Shown: one piece after another, positions 8,411-16,470 of the stretch | Layout of the letters: every line of letters begins with the position of its first letter | Numbering within the stretch: position 1 is the first letter of the stretch | DNA from: Bacteroidales bacterium | GTDB taxonomy: Bacteria; Bacteroidota; Bacteroidia; Bacteroidales; UBA1402 | Assembly: GCA_021373135.1 (NCBI GenBank) | Contig: JAJFTH010000006.1 | Coordinates: forward strand, 388,119-452,118 | DNA length: 64,000 nucleotides | Reading direction: 5' to 3' | Position numbers and translations under genes: made by a program | Notes under the pieces: model-generated | Seen by the model: the letters and a program-made list of their open reading frames with translations, nothing else | Databases searched by the model: none | Told to the model about the DNA's origin: nothing

Positions 8411-8550
8411 TGGACAGGATGGACACGATATTTTTCACTTTTAAATGATTTTTTCTGTACTTGTACTTCAAAGGGCAGGTACCCGTATTCGGGAGTACAG
8501 TGTATATTTAAAGTTTTCAGAATGTATGAATTATCGTGTCCTTAGTGTCC
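8411..8550. repeat. Nested inverted-repeat element with iterated GGACA(C) boxes (candidate ori/oriT or protein-binding site)
   Basis: TGGACAggaTGGACACGATA (8411-8430) faces TATCGTGTCCttaGTGTCC (8532-8550); the outer arms GGACACGATA/TATCGTGTCC are a perfect 10-bp match. Inside are CTGTACT (8455-8461)/AGTACAG (8494-8500) and CCCG-TATT-CGGG (8482-8493). TGTACTT occurs twice in tandem. Confidence 0.4.
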
Positions 8551-9250
8551 GCATGTCTTTGGTGCTGCTGGGAACAAAAAAAATGACTATAATTTAGGAA
8601 GGGGCAAATTCTTCATCCTTGGTTATTTTTCAACCAAGTATTGATTCTTATACAGATCCCATTTTTAATTATACTGGCGTTATTGATCGCCAATTCTTTT
8701 GTACCATAGTTCTACACTTCCTTCCGTTTAAGTTGAAAGCAGCGTTGCCCTGGGTGATCTATATGACCGCCTATGGTTTCATCTTTATAGATTGATGCTG
8801 ATAAAGACCCAATGGTAAAAATAGCTATTGGTAACGGGTCTTAGTAGTGATTTTCATCACCTTTTTCGCAAATGTACTGTTCTGGATCGAAAAAAACAGT
8901 TTTTGAGTGTTAAATATTAGTTAATATTAAAAAGTAATTTAATTTAAATTCATATGGTTGATTAACAGGTATTTGAGCTTGAAATAAACTAGGCGTCTTT
9001 CTAAAAAAGTTGGAAAAAAATTTTGGAAATTTTAGACGTATAGCCGTCTATCCATATATAGGCAACATTTACCCCAGGGGATGGGTATAGGATTCCTTCC
9101 CCCTGGTACGGGAGGAAGCCCTTTTTAATGAGAAGCTTCTATAGAAAAGCAATAGTTAGGTTAACTTAAAGACTTGTTCTGTCTCAAATTTCTAGTGGAA
9201 ATGAACGGAATTTCATGATTATTTTCCTGAAAAAGTTTGAGAAAAGTTTG

Positions 9251-9290
9251 AGAAATAAAAAGCACCTACAAAAATTAATTTGTAAGTGCT
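9251..9290 (-). terminator. Terminator downstream of tRNA-Met
   Basis: The minus strand reads AGCACTTACA-AATTAATTTT-TGTAGGTGCT (10-bp stem with one mismatch) followed by TTTTATTTCT. It starts 11 nt after the tRNA 3' end. Confidence 0.55.
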
Positions 9291-9300
9291 TGATACTGAG

Positions 9301-9375
9301 TGGGCCCAACAGGGCTTGAACCTGTGACCCCCTGATTATGAGTCAGGTGCTACTAACCAACTGAGCTATAGGCCC
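9301..9375 (-). tRNA. tRNA with CAT anticodon, most like elongator tRNA-Met (tRNA-Ile2 with lysidine cannot be excluded)
   Basis: The reverse complement is GGGCCTATAGCTCAGTTGGTTAGTAGCACCTGACTCATAATCAGGGGGTCACAGGTTCAAGCCCTGTTGGGCCCA. It has a 7-bp acceptor stem, the anticodon stem-loop CCTGA-CTCATAA-TCAGG, and the T-arm CAGGTTCAAGCCCTG. CCA is not encoded. Confidence 0.9.
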
Positions 9376-9455
9376 GATTCGAGCGGGTGCTCGAAATCGG
9401 CTGCAATATTACGATAATTTTGGGAAACTGCCAAGAGGTGATGCTTAATTCTTTG

Positions 9456-9463
9456 TATATTTG
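9456..9463 (+). promoter_or_regulatory. Candidate Bacteroidetes -7 promoter box for the HAD-ribF gene
   Basis: TATATTTG matches the TAnnTTTG -7 consensus and lies 46 nt upstream of ATG 9509. No well-spaced -33 TTTG was found. Confidence 0.35.
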
Positions 9464-9508
9464 CACACTCTGAGTGTTATAAATCATCGTAAACAAAAGA
9501 CTTGCAGC

Positions 9509-11041
9509 ATGGTTCGTCTGAAAGGGATAAATAATATCATATTTGATCTTGGCGGAGTTTTGGTAGACTTGGATCAACAGGCGTGTATAGATGCATTTGC
9601 GGCATTGGGATTGCCTCAGGTGGCAGATTATCTGACGCCCTATGGACATCAAGGCCCTTTCGGACAAATAGAAGTTGGTGAAATTACCATCGCTGAATTT
9701 TGTGATGAGATCCGTAGGATATTCAATGTTTCTCTGACAGATGAACAGATTGAAAACGCCTGGGCTGCCTTTTTGATTCATATCCCTGAATATAAAATCC
9801 GTATGGTGCATGAGCTTAACAAAAAGTACCGCGTTTTTTTGTTAAGCAATACCAATCTCATCCATATACGTAAGCTTAAGGAATTTGACGATGCGGGATA
9901 TCCACTCAAAGAGTGTTTTGAAAAACTGTATTATTCTTTCGAGATAGGACTTTCAAAACCAGGTAAACCTATTTTTGAATATGTGATAAAGGATGCCGGT
10001 ATCAAACCGGAAGAGACCCTTTTTGTAGATGATAGTCCTGCCAACTGTAGGACAGCAGCCGAATTGGACATGAAGACCTATCAGCCTTTGCCATTCGAAG
10101 ATTTCACAGGAGAACTTCTGCAACCGGAAGCTTGTGTGGCTACCCTTGGATTTTTTGATGGGGTGCACCGCGGGCATCAGTTCCTGATTGAAGAAACCAA
10201 ACGGATTGCACGGGAAAAAGGATTGGAATCAATGGTTGTAAGTTTTTGGCCACATCCGCGCACGGTACTTCGTTCCAATTTTTGCCCTCAGTTGCTGACG
10301 GATCAAAAGGAAAAGGAAGAAAGGCTTGTAAAGACAGGCGTCGATTATGTACGTACGTTATCTTTTGATACGGATCTGTCCGGTCTTTGTGCCAGAACAT
10401 TCATGGATGAAGTCCTTAGTCAAGAGCTGCATGTGAAAGTCCTCGTCATCGGTTTTGACCATCGTTTCGGCAACAATCGGTCAGATGGTTTTGAAGATTA
10501 TCAAAGATATGGGAAGGAACTCGGTATGGAGGTGTTACAGGCAAAACCTTATCTGTTTAAGGAGGCCATCGGAAAGTTCAAGTCTTTTGAAGACGAAACC
10601 ATCAGTTCTTCTCTGATACGTCGTTGTTTGCTTGCCGGAAAAATAGAGGAAGCCAATGCTTCTCTGGGCTACATGTACAGGTTAAAAGGAACAGTGGTTG
10701 GCGGGCATCAGATAGGACGTACCATGGGATTTCCGACGGCCAATATTTCTCCGGCTGATCCGAATAAACTGATACCTGCTCCGGGAGTTTATGCGGTATG
10801 GGTTGAAGTGGAAGGGAAACGATACAAAGGCATGCTTGACATTGGCAGACGCCCGACATTACATGCTGATTCAGATATCAGCATAGAGGTTCATCTATTG
10901 AATTTTGAAGGAAGTCTGTATGCGAAAGAAATCAGTGTGGAATTTGTCCGGAGGTTCAGACAGGAAATAACTTTTCCGGATTTGGAGGCATTGATCGTAC
11001 AACTGGTAAAGGATAAGGATTACGTAGAAAATATTCTTTAA
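9509..11041 (+). CDS. ribF: Fusion protein: YihX-like HAD phosphatase + bifunctional riboflavin kinase/FAD synthetase (RibF)
   Basis: The N-terminal HAD motifs are NIIFDLGGVLVDLD, LLSNTN and LFVDDSPANC. The sequence continues without a stop or Met into the FAD synthetase motif ATLGFFDGVHRGHQFLI, then the riboflavin kinase region GGHQIGRTMGFPTANI ... IEVHLLNF. The listed start at 9461 is TTG; ATG 9509 is more likely. Confidence 0.85.
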   Translation: MVRLKGINNIIFDLGGVLVDLDQQACIDAFAALGLPQVADYLTPYGHQGPFGQIEVGEITIAEFCDEIRRIFNVSLTDEQIENAWAAFLIHIPEYKIRMVHELNKKYRVFLLSNTNLIHIRKLKEFDDAGYPLKECFEKLYYSFEIGLSKPGKPIFEYVIKDAGIKPEETLFVDDSPANCRTAAELDMKTYQPLPFEDFTGELLQPEACVATLGFFDGVHRGHQFLIEETKRIAREKGLESMVVSFWPHPRTVLRSNFCPQLLTDQKEKEERLVKTGVDYVRTLSFDTDLSGLCARTFMDEVLSQELHVKVLVIGFDHRFGNNRSDGFEDYQRYGKELGMEVLQAKPYLFKEAIGKFKSFEDETISSSLIRRCLLAGKIEEANASLGYMYRLKGTVVGGHQIGRTMGFPTANISPADPNKLIPAPGVYAVWVEVEGKRYKGMLDIGRRPTLHADSDISIEVHLLNFEGSLYAKEISVEFVRRFRQEITFPDLEALIVQLVKDKDYVENIL

Positions 11042-11046
11042 AAAAT

Positions 11047-11070
11047 GGAGGTTGCTCAAATGGGCAACCT
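11047..11070. terminator. Bidirectional terminator hairpin between convergent ribF and lrp-family genes
   Basis: GAGGTTGC-tcaaatgg-GCAACCTC is a perfect 8-bp stem. It is flanked by an A-run on the left (a T-run for the minus strand). Confidence 0.55.
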
Positions 11071-11076
11071 CAACTA

Positions 11077-11574
11077 TTATATTTCAATCGGAATATGTCT
11101 CTTAATGCTTTGTTCCAGTGAAATCAGTGTTTCAGTCGCCGTAACACCCGGTATTTCCTGAATTTTACGGTTTAACAGATCCATCAGGTGCTCGTTATCG
11201 CGGCAATGTAGTTTGACTAATATCGTATACGGTCCGGTGCAGAAGTGACATTCGATGATTTCAGGAATTTTTTCCAGATAAGGGATCACTTCCTTATACA
11301 TGGAACCTTTTTCAAGTTTGACTCCAATATAGGTGCATGTCTGATATCCAAGGGCTTTTGGATTGATGGTGTAACCTGAACCGGTAATGACATTCAGGTC
11401 AATCAATCTTTGTACACGCTGATGAATGGCAGCACGGGATACACCGCATTCAGCGGCAACATCTTTAAACGGAACGCGTGCGTTCTTTGTGATAATCTCA
11501 AGGATCTGACGGTCCAGGCTATCAATTTTTTCAACAGGGTAAAGTGAATTCATAGTAAGATTGTTTTCTTGCAA
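11077..11574 (-). CDS. Lrp/AsnC family transcriptional regulator
   Basis: 165 aa. The N-terminal HTH is LDRQILEIITKNARVPFKDVAAECGVSRAAIHQRVQRL and the C-terminal part is an RAM/AsnC_trans_reg-like domain. Confidence 0.85.
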   Translation of the reverse strand: MQENNLTMNSLYPVEKIDSLDRQILEIITKNARVPFKDVAAECGVSRAAIHQRVQRLIDLNVITGSGYTINPKALGYQTCTYIGVKLEKGSMYKEVIPYLEKIPEIIECHFCTGPYTILVKLHCRDNEHLMDLLNRKIQEIPGVTATETLISLEQSIKRHIPIEI

Positions 11575-11653
11575 AGAAAAGGTTTTTTTTCAAATCGAAC
11601 AATTTTGGTAGAAAAAAGTATTTAAATAGCCGGATTTTTTTTCGTTTTGACAC

Positions 11654-11690
11654 AAAAAAAGCGGTCAACCCATGATTTTGAGCTGACCGC
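11654..11690 (-). terminator. Rho-independent terminator of the FKBP PPIase gene
   Basis: The minus strand reads GCGGTCA-(16 nt)-TGACCGC followed by T7, about 20 nt after the stop at 11713. Confidence 0.65.
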
Positions 11691-11712
11691 CTTAAAATTT
11701 CTTTGTGGAATT

Positions 11713-12444
11713 TTATTGTTGCATTGTTGCTGCAGCTTCTTTTGCATCAAGAATTTTCAACAATTCAACTTCGAATACAAGAAGTTCACCCGGTTTGATT
11801 TTACCACCGGCACCATTGTCACCGTAAGCCAAATCAGAAGGAATCCAGAATTTATATTTTGCACCGACACTCATCAGTTGAATGCCTTCTGTCCATCCTT
11901 TGATAACACGGTTCAATGGAAATTGTGCAGGAGTACCGCGCTCGATAGAGCTGTCAAAAACAGTACCATCCAGCAATGTACCATGATAGTTTACACTGAC
12001 AACGGAAGAATCAGCAGGTTTTGGACCTGTTCCTTCTTTGATTGCTTGGTATTGCAAGCCTGAAGCAGTGGTTTTTACACCTTCTTTTTTACCGTTCTTT
12101 TCGAGGAATTTTTTAACTTCTGCTTTTGTTTTGACAGCAGCTTCTGCCTGAGCGGTAGCCATACAACGTTGGAAAACCGAATATGCCTTTGCTGGAGTAA
12201 TTGCTAATTTTGAAGTGTCATTTTTCAAAGCTTTTTCAAAGACGGCAAGGAAGAGGTCTACATTGATTTTAGCGGGAAATTGATCCAGGTTCTGAGCAAG
12301 GCTTGAACCCATTCCGACACCGTATGCATAGCTTAAGCTATCAACTGCGGTTTTCATTTTGCTACCAGAGGTCTTGCTGCAAGAAGCAAAACTCATGCCG
12401 ATAACCAGCATGGCAACAGTAAAAAGAATACTAATTTTTTTCAT
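11713..12444 (-). CDS. FKBP-type peptidyl-prolyl cis-trans isomerase lipoprotein (FklB/Mip-like)
   Basis: The FKBP domain is VSVNYHGTLLDGTVFDSSIERGTPAQFPLNRVIKGWTEGIQLM...IPSDLAYGDNG. The lipoprotein signal is MKKISILFTVAMLVIGMSFASC. Start chosen at ATG 12444. Confidence 0.85.
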   Translation of the reverse strand: MKKISILFTVAMLVIGMSFASCSKTSGSKMKTAVDSLSYAYGVGMGSSLAQNLDQFPAKINVDLFLAVFEKALKNDTSKLAITPAKAYSVFQRCMATAQAEAAVKTKAEVKKFLEKNGKKEGVKTTASGLQYQAIKEGTGPKPADSSVVSVNYHGTLLDGTVFDSSIERGTPAQFPLNRVIKGWTEGIQLMSVGAKYKFWIPSDLAYGDNGAGGKIKPGELLVFEVELLKILDAKEAAATMQQ

Positions 12445-12642
12445 TTCAAAATGTTTTGTTTTATAGTTAAGATTTTTCAAAAGTGAGGCAAAAGTAATAG
12501 AAATATTAGAGATTTGCACCTAAATTCCATTAAAAAACCTTACTAAGAAGAATGTGAGGTTTGATTCATGTGTTTTAGCAAAAAAACAAAGAGTTAATAC
12601 ATGTGCAGTGAAATATAAAAATTAGTAAATTAGAGCCTTGAA

Positions 12643-14322
12643 ATGTCAATAGAACCAACTATGGGGAAAACGATTCGTGTATTTTGTAAGAACACTGGTG
12701 AGTATGAACTGTTTCCAATGGGAACAAGTGCGAAGGAAGTGTATGAACACATGGCGGCAGATGTTGTTCCGCAAGCTATTGCGGTAAGTGTGAATAACAA
12801 GACCGTCAGCCTGAGTTATGAAATTTACAATCCAAAACAAATAGAATTTATCAATATTCACAGCAGTTCAGGAATGAGGGCGTATGTGAGAACTTTGACA
12901 TTCCTTTTATCAGCGGCTGTCAACGAACTGTATCCTGGGAGTATTTTCCGTCTGGAACATTCCGTATCAAAAGGATACTTTTGTGAATTGTTATTGGGAA
13001 GACCAACAACGCCGGAAGATTTGGCTGCAGTAAAAAAACGGATGAAGGAACTGATTCTGGCAGATAACCCCATCGAATATATAGAAGAAGAGACATCCGT
13101 CGTCATTGAGATGTTTCGGGAACGCGGAAGGCAGGATATTGTAGACCTATTGACAACCAAAGGCTCCATTTACAGTGGATATTGGAAGATGGGCTGGCAC
13201 ATTGATTATTATTATGGTGCTTTGGCTGTTTCCTCAGGAGCCATTTCCATTTTTGACATCACACCTTATTTTGATGGATTCCTTCTTCAGATACCCAACC
13301 GGGATAATCCTGTCGAATTGCAGGCCATTGTCCCTCAAGAAAAACTTTTGGGTGTGTTCACGGAATATCTGAACTGGAACATGATTATGGGTTTGTCCAA
13401 TGTGGGCAATTTGAATAAAGCCTGTCTTAGAGGAGAATCGACCAACCTGATCAATATTTCCGAATCTCTGCAGGAAAAGAAAATGGCGCAGATAGCCGAT
13501 GCTATCTATCAGAGAGGAAAAGTGAAGGTGGTGCTGATTTCGGGCCCTTCTTCTTCAGGAAAGACCACGTTCGCCAAACGTCTTTCCATACAACTGATGG
13601 TGCTCGGGCTTAAGCCGGTGTCCATTTCGCTTGACAATTATTTTTTGGATCGCGAAAATACACCGCTTGATGAAAGAGGAAATTACGATTTTGAATCTCT
13701 TTACGCTCTTGATCTTGAGTTGTTCAACAATCAATTGAAGGCTTTGATCAAAGGCGAGGAGGTTGAGATTCCAAGATTTAATTTCCCTTTGGGTAAAAAA
13801 GAATTTGTCGGCGATAAACTGAAAATCAATAATCAGACCGTTTTGATTCTGGAAGGTATTCATGCGTTGAATCCGAAATTGTTGCCCAAAATACCTCAGG
13901 AAGTTATGTACAAGGTTTACGTATCGGCTTTGACGTCCATGGCTTTGGATGACCACAATTGGATTCCTACTACCGATAACCGGCTACTTAGACGAATTAT
14001 CCGTGATTATCGGTATAGAAACTATTCTGCCCGTGAGACAATCTCTCGCTGGGACAGCGTGCGTATCGGGGAAGAAAAATGGATTTATCCTTATCAGGAG
14101 AATGCTGATGCCATGTTTAATTCTGCGCTGCTCTTTGAATTTTCTGTGCTCAGAAGCTATGCAGAGCCAATTCTGAGACAGGTGCCCCAGAATTGTCCTG
14201 AATATACGGAAGCTCATCGTTTATTGCGTTTTATTGAGTATTTTGTTCCGATTTCCGACCCTGAGATTCCGCCGACATCGTTGTTGAGAGAATTTCTTGG
14301 TGGCAGTAGTTTCCGTTATTGA
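12643..14322 (+). CDS. Uridine/nucleoside kinase family protein with N-terminal TGS-like domain
   Basis: 559 aa. The P-loop is LISGPSSSGKTTFAKRL in a uridine-kinase-like C-terminal half. This long Bacteroidetes form carries a ThrRS/TGS-like N-terminus. Confidence 0.7.
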   Translation: MSIEPTMGKTIRVFCKNTGEYELFPMGTSAKEVYEHMAADVVPQAIAVSVNNKTVSLSYEIYNPKQIEFINIHSSSGMRAYVRTLTFLLSAAVNELYPGSIFRLEHSVSKGYFCELLLGRPTTPEDLAAVKKRMKELILADNPIEYIEEETSVVIEMFRERGRQDIVDLLTTKGSIYSGYWKMGWHIDYYYGALAVSSGAISIFDITPYFDGFLLQIPNRDNPVELQAIVPQEKLLGVFTEYLNWNMIMGLSNVGNLNKACLRGESTNLINISESLQEKKMAQIADAIYQRGKVKVVLISGPSSSGKTTFAKRLSIQLMVLGLKPVSISLDNYFLDRENTPLDERGNYDFESLYALDLELFNNQLKALIKGEEVEIPRFNFPLGKKEFVGDKLKINNQTVLILEGIHALNPKLLPKIPQEVMYKVYVSALTSMALDDHNWIPTTDNRLLRRIIRDYRYRNYSARETISRWDSVRIGEEKWIYPYQENADAMFNSALLFEFSVLRSYAEPILRQVPQNCPEYTEAHRLLRFIEYFVPISDPEIPPTSLLREFLGGSSFRY

Positions 14323-14370
14323 GTAAAATCCGCCGGTTTTTTCTATTTTTGTATTCTATAAACATTAGGT

Positions 14371-15822
14371 ATGCTTCGCCAGACATTAACTCAAAAGTTG
14401 CAGCAAAAGTTATCTCCACAACAAATCCAGTTGGTGAAGCTTTTGGAAATTCCAGCAGTGGAATTGAGTGACCGGATCATGCAGGAAGTCGACGAAAATC
14501 CCGCCCTTGAATTTGGTGAAGACCCGCAGACCATGACAGAAGGTGACCTCCCTTTTGATGAGGGAAGTGAAGGAAGCAATGATGATTTTTCCATGGAGGA
14601 TTATGCGCCGGATGATGATATTCCTGATTACCGAACGAAAGATTTGGGAAGTGGAAGAAGTGAGGAACGGAGGGAAACGGTTCTGGTTTCATCCAATATG
14701 TCATTACATGATTTTCTACAGGAACAGCTGGATTTGCAAGATTTTGACCCGATACAAAGGAAGGTCGCAGATTTTATTGCCGGAAGTATTGACAACGACG
14801 GATATTTACGTAGAAGTTCAGAGGCCTTGTCTGATGATATTGCCATTCAACTTGGATTGGAATTTTCTATCAGTCAGATCAATAAAATCATCGGTATCAT
14901 TCAAAGCTTTGATCCTCCAGGGGTAGGAGCTGCTGATTTGCAGGATTGTCTGTTGCTGCAATTACGTCGTAAAACGCAAACAAGACTGATTCAAGAGACC
15001 ATCAGATTGATTGAAGATCTATTTGATGAGTTCTCCAAAAAACATTATGATTCCATTGTCAGACAAATGGGCTGTACGATGGAGGAATTGAAGTCCATGA
15101 TTCAGGAAATCGTGAAACTCAATCCGAGACCAGGCAGTGTGTACGGATCTTCCATAGAAGAATCTATGGAAGGAATAACACCTGATTTCCAAATAGATAA
15201 CAATGATGGCATATTGCAATTGGTACTAAATAACAGTAATATTCCGGAACTGCATGTGAGTCCCGGATATGCCAATATGGTCAAAGACTATCAATCCAAT
15301 ACGAAGAACCAGACCAGGGAAACAAAACAAGCCATACAGTTTGCCAAGCAAAAAGTGGATGCTGCACGTTGGTTCATTGATGCGGTACATCAACGTCAGG
15401 AAACCTTGATGCGGACGATGCAGGCCATTGTGGACTATCAGTACAACTATTTTATAGATGGAGATGAAAAAAATCTGAAGCCGATGATTCTGAAGGATAT
15501 TGCAGAAAGGACAGGATATGACATTTCCACCATTTCAAGGGTAAGCAATAGCAAGTATATCCAAACAGAATTTGGTATTTTTCCACTGAAATATTTCTTC
15601 ACAGAGGCCATGCAGACAGATAAGGGTCAGGAGGTTTCTGTGCTTGAAATAAAAAATATTTTACAGGAAAGTATTGATAATGAAAATAAGGACAATCCAC
15701 TGACTGATGAGGAACTATGTGAGATTTTGGCCAACAAAGGGTATGTCATAGCACGCAGGACCATTGCCAAATATAGAGATCAATTGGAAATTCCTGTAGC
15801 CCGCCTTCGTCGGGAAATTTAA
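14371..15822 (+). CDS. rpoN: RNA polymerase sigma-54 factor
   Basis: The N-terminal Gln/Leu-rich region is MLRQTLTQKLQQKLSPQQIQ. An acidic linker follows, then the C-terminal HTH and RpoN box ARRTIAKYRDQLEIP. Confidence 0.92.
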   Translation: MLRQTLTQKLQQKLSPQQIQLVKLLEIPAVELSDRIMQEVDENPALEFGEDPQTMTEGDLPFDEGSEGSNDDFSMEDYAPDDDIPDYRTKDLGSGRSEERRETVLVSSNMSLHDFLQEQLDLQDFDPIQRKVADFIAGSIDNDGYLRRSSEALSDDIAIQLGLEFSISQINKIIGIIQSFDPPGVGAADLQDCLLLQLRRKTQTRLIQETIRLIEDLFDEFSKKHYDSIVRQMGCTMEELKSMIQEIVKLNPRPGSVYGSSIEESMEGITPDFQIDNNDGILQLVLNNSNIPELHVSPGYANMVKDYQSNTKNQTRETKQAIQFAKQKVDAARWFIDAVHQRQETLMRTMQAIVDYQYNYFIDGDEKNLKPMILKDIAERTGYDISTISRVSNSKYIQTEFGIFPLKYFFTEAMQTDKGQEVSVLEIKNILQESIDNENKDNPLTDEELCEILANKGYVIARRTIAKYRDQLEIPVARLRREI

Positions 15823-15830
15823 AAAAGAAT

Positions 15831-16436
15831 ATGCAAACATTTCAGAAACTTGTTTCCGTCATTTTACATCCGTTGCTATTACCTCTTTATGGCACGATTT
15901 TACTTTTCACTGTTGGGATGTTCAGTGAACTCCAATGGGAGTACCGCTTGGTTATTGAAGGTGTAGTCTTGTTGTTTATGGGCATTGTACCTGGATTCGG
16001 AATCTGGTTGCTGAAAAAATCCGGCCATGTTTCCGATTTGGATGTTTCAGTTCGGTCAGAACGCATTTTTCCCTATCTGATAACAATACTTTCCTATATC
16101 ACGGCTTGCTATCTATTGTTTAACTTTCAAATGCCATGGTGGATCATCAAACTCTTTTTAGGGTCTGTTTTTGCTACGTTTATCGCTTTCTTTGTCAGCT
16201 TGAAGTGGAAAATCAGCGCACATACGATGGCATTCGGATGTTTGGTGGGATCGATCTTTTTGGTATGCATAAGCCAAGCTCTGAATCCTTTGGTCTTGTT
16301 TTCGGTGGTACTCCTGCTTTCTGGAATTCAGGCTGCAAGTCGCTTGTATCTGAAGGCCCATACACTTGGCCAGGTCTGTGGAGGTTTCTGTCTTGGGGTG
16401 TTTTCTGTCTGTTGTACGTTTTTCCTGATTCCTTAA
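15831..16436 (+). CDS. Integral membrane protein, PAP2-like phosphatase family (tentative)
   Basis: 201 aa with about 6 predicted TM helices. KISAHT and SRLYLKAHTLGQ resemble PAP2 motifs C2/C3. Confidence 0.45.
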   Translation: MQTFQKLVSVILHPLLLPLYGTILLFTVGMFSELQWEYRLVIEGVVLLFMGIVPGFGIWLLKKSGHVSDLDVSVRSERIFPYLITILSYITACYLLFNFQMPWWIIKLFLGSVFATFIAFFVSLKWKISAHTMAFGCLVGSIFLVCISQALNPLVLFSVVLLLSGIQAASRLYLKAHTLGQVCGGFCLGVFSVCCTFFLIP

Positions 16437-16470
16437 AATAAATATTGTCTAACAAATAATATCAAATTGT

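Larger units (their letters stand above)
1..9300. mobile_element. Right-hand part of an AT-rich genomic island (defence cargo plus replication module) abutting the 3' end of tRNA-Met; the other end lies outside the window
   Basis: All ORFs in 1-8209 are accessory-type (SNF2 helicase, two reverse transcriptases, prim-pol/P-loop helicase, RHH). The sequence is visibly AT-richer than 9400-64000 (by eye, not computed). The island stops at the 3' end of a tRNA gene, the classical integration position. No integrase or att repeat was seen inside the window. Confidence 0.55.

Noticed and set aside
8309-8545. A 78-aa Phe-rich ORF on the + strand.
   Set aside because: It is a composition artefact of long T-runs. 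It overlaps the nested inverted-repeat element and has no start context or motif.
8640-8900. Possible decayed gene (for example an integrase remnant) between the replication module and the tRNA.
   Set aside because: The minus-strand frame has no start codon, has an internal stop, and shows no tyrosine-recombinase motifs (no R..HxxR..Y pattern). It is mentioned only as debris.
1339-9388. An identical 11-mer TTCGAGCGGGT occurs at 1339-1349 (inside the candidate ncRNA loop region) and at 9378-9388 (the hairpin just beyond the tRNA 5' end). This raised the possibility of att direct repeats bounding an ~8-kb element.
   Set aside because: Hundreds of chance 11-mer matches are expected within 64 kb, and the flanks do not extend the match. 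The implied element would include the whole tRNA and lack an integrase. I treat it as coincidence, although comparison with an empty site would settle it.
9353-9811. A 152-aa ORF on the minus strand.
   Set aside because: It overlaps the tRNA gene and runs antisense to the well-supported HAD-ribF coding region, so it is spurious.
16136-16441. A 101-aa ORF in an alternative + frame inside the PAP2-like membrane protein gene.
   Set aside because: It is an out-of-frame overlap within a coherent multi-TM ORF, with no independent evidence.
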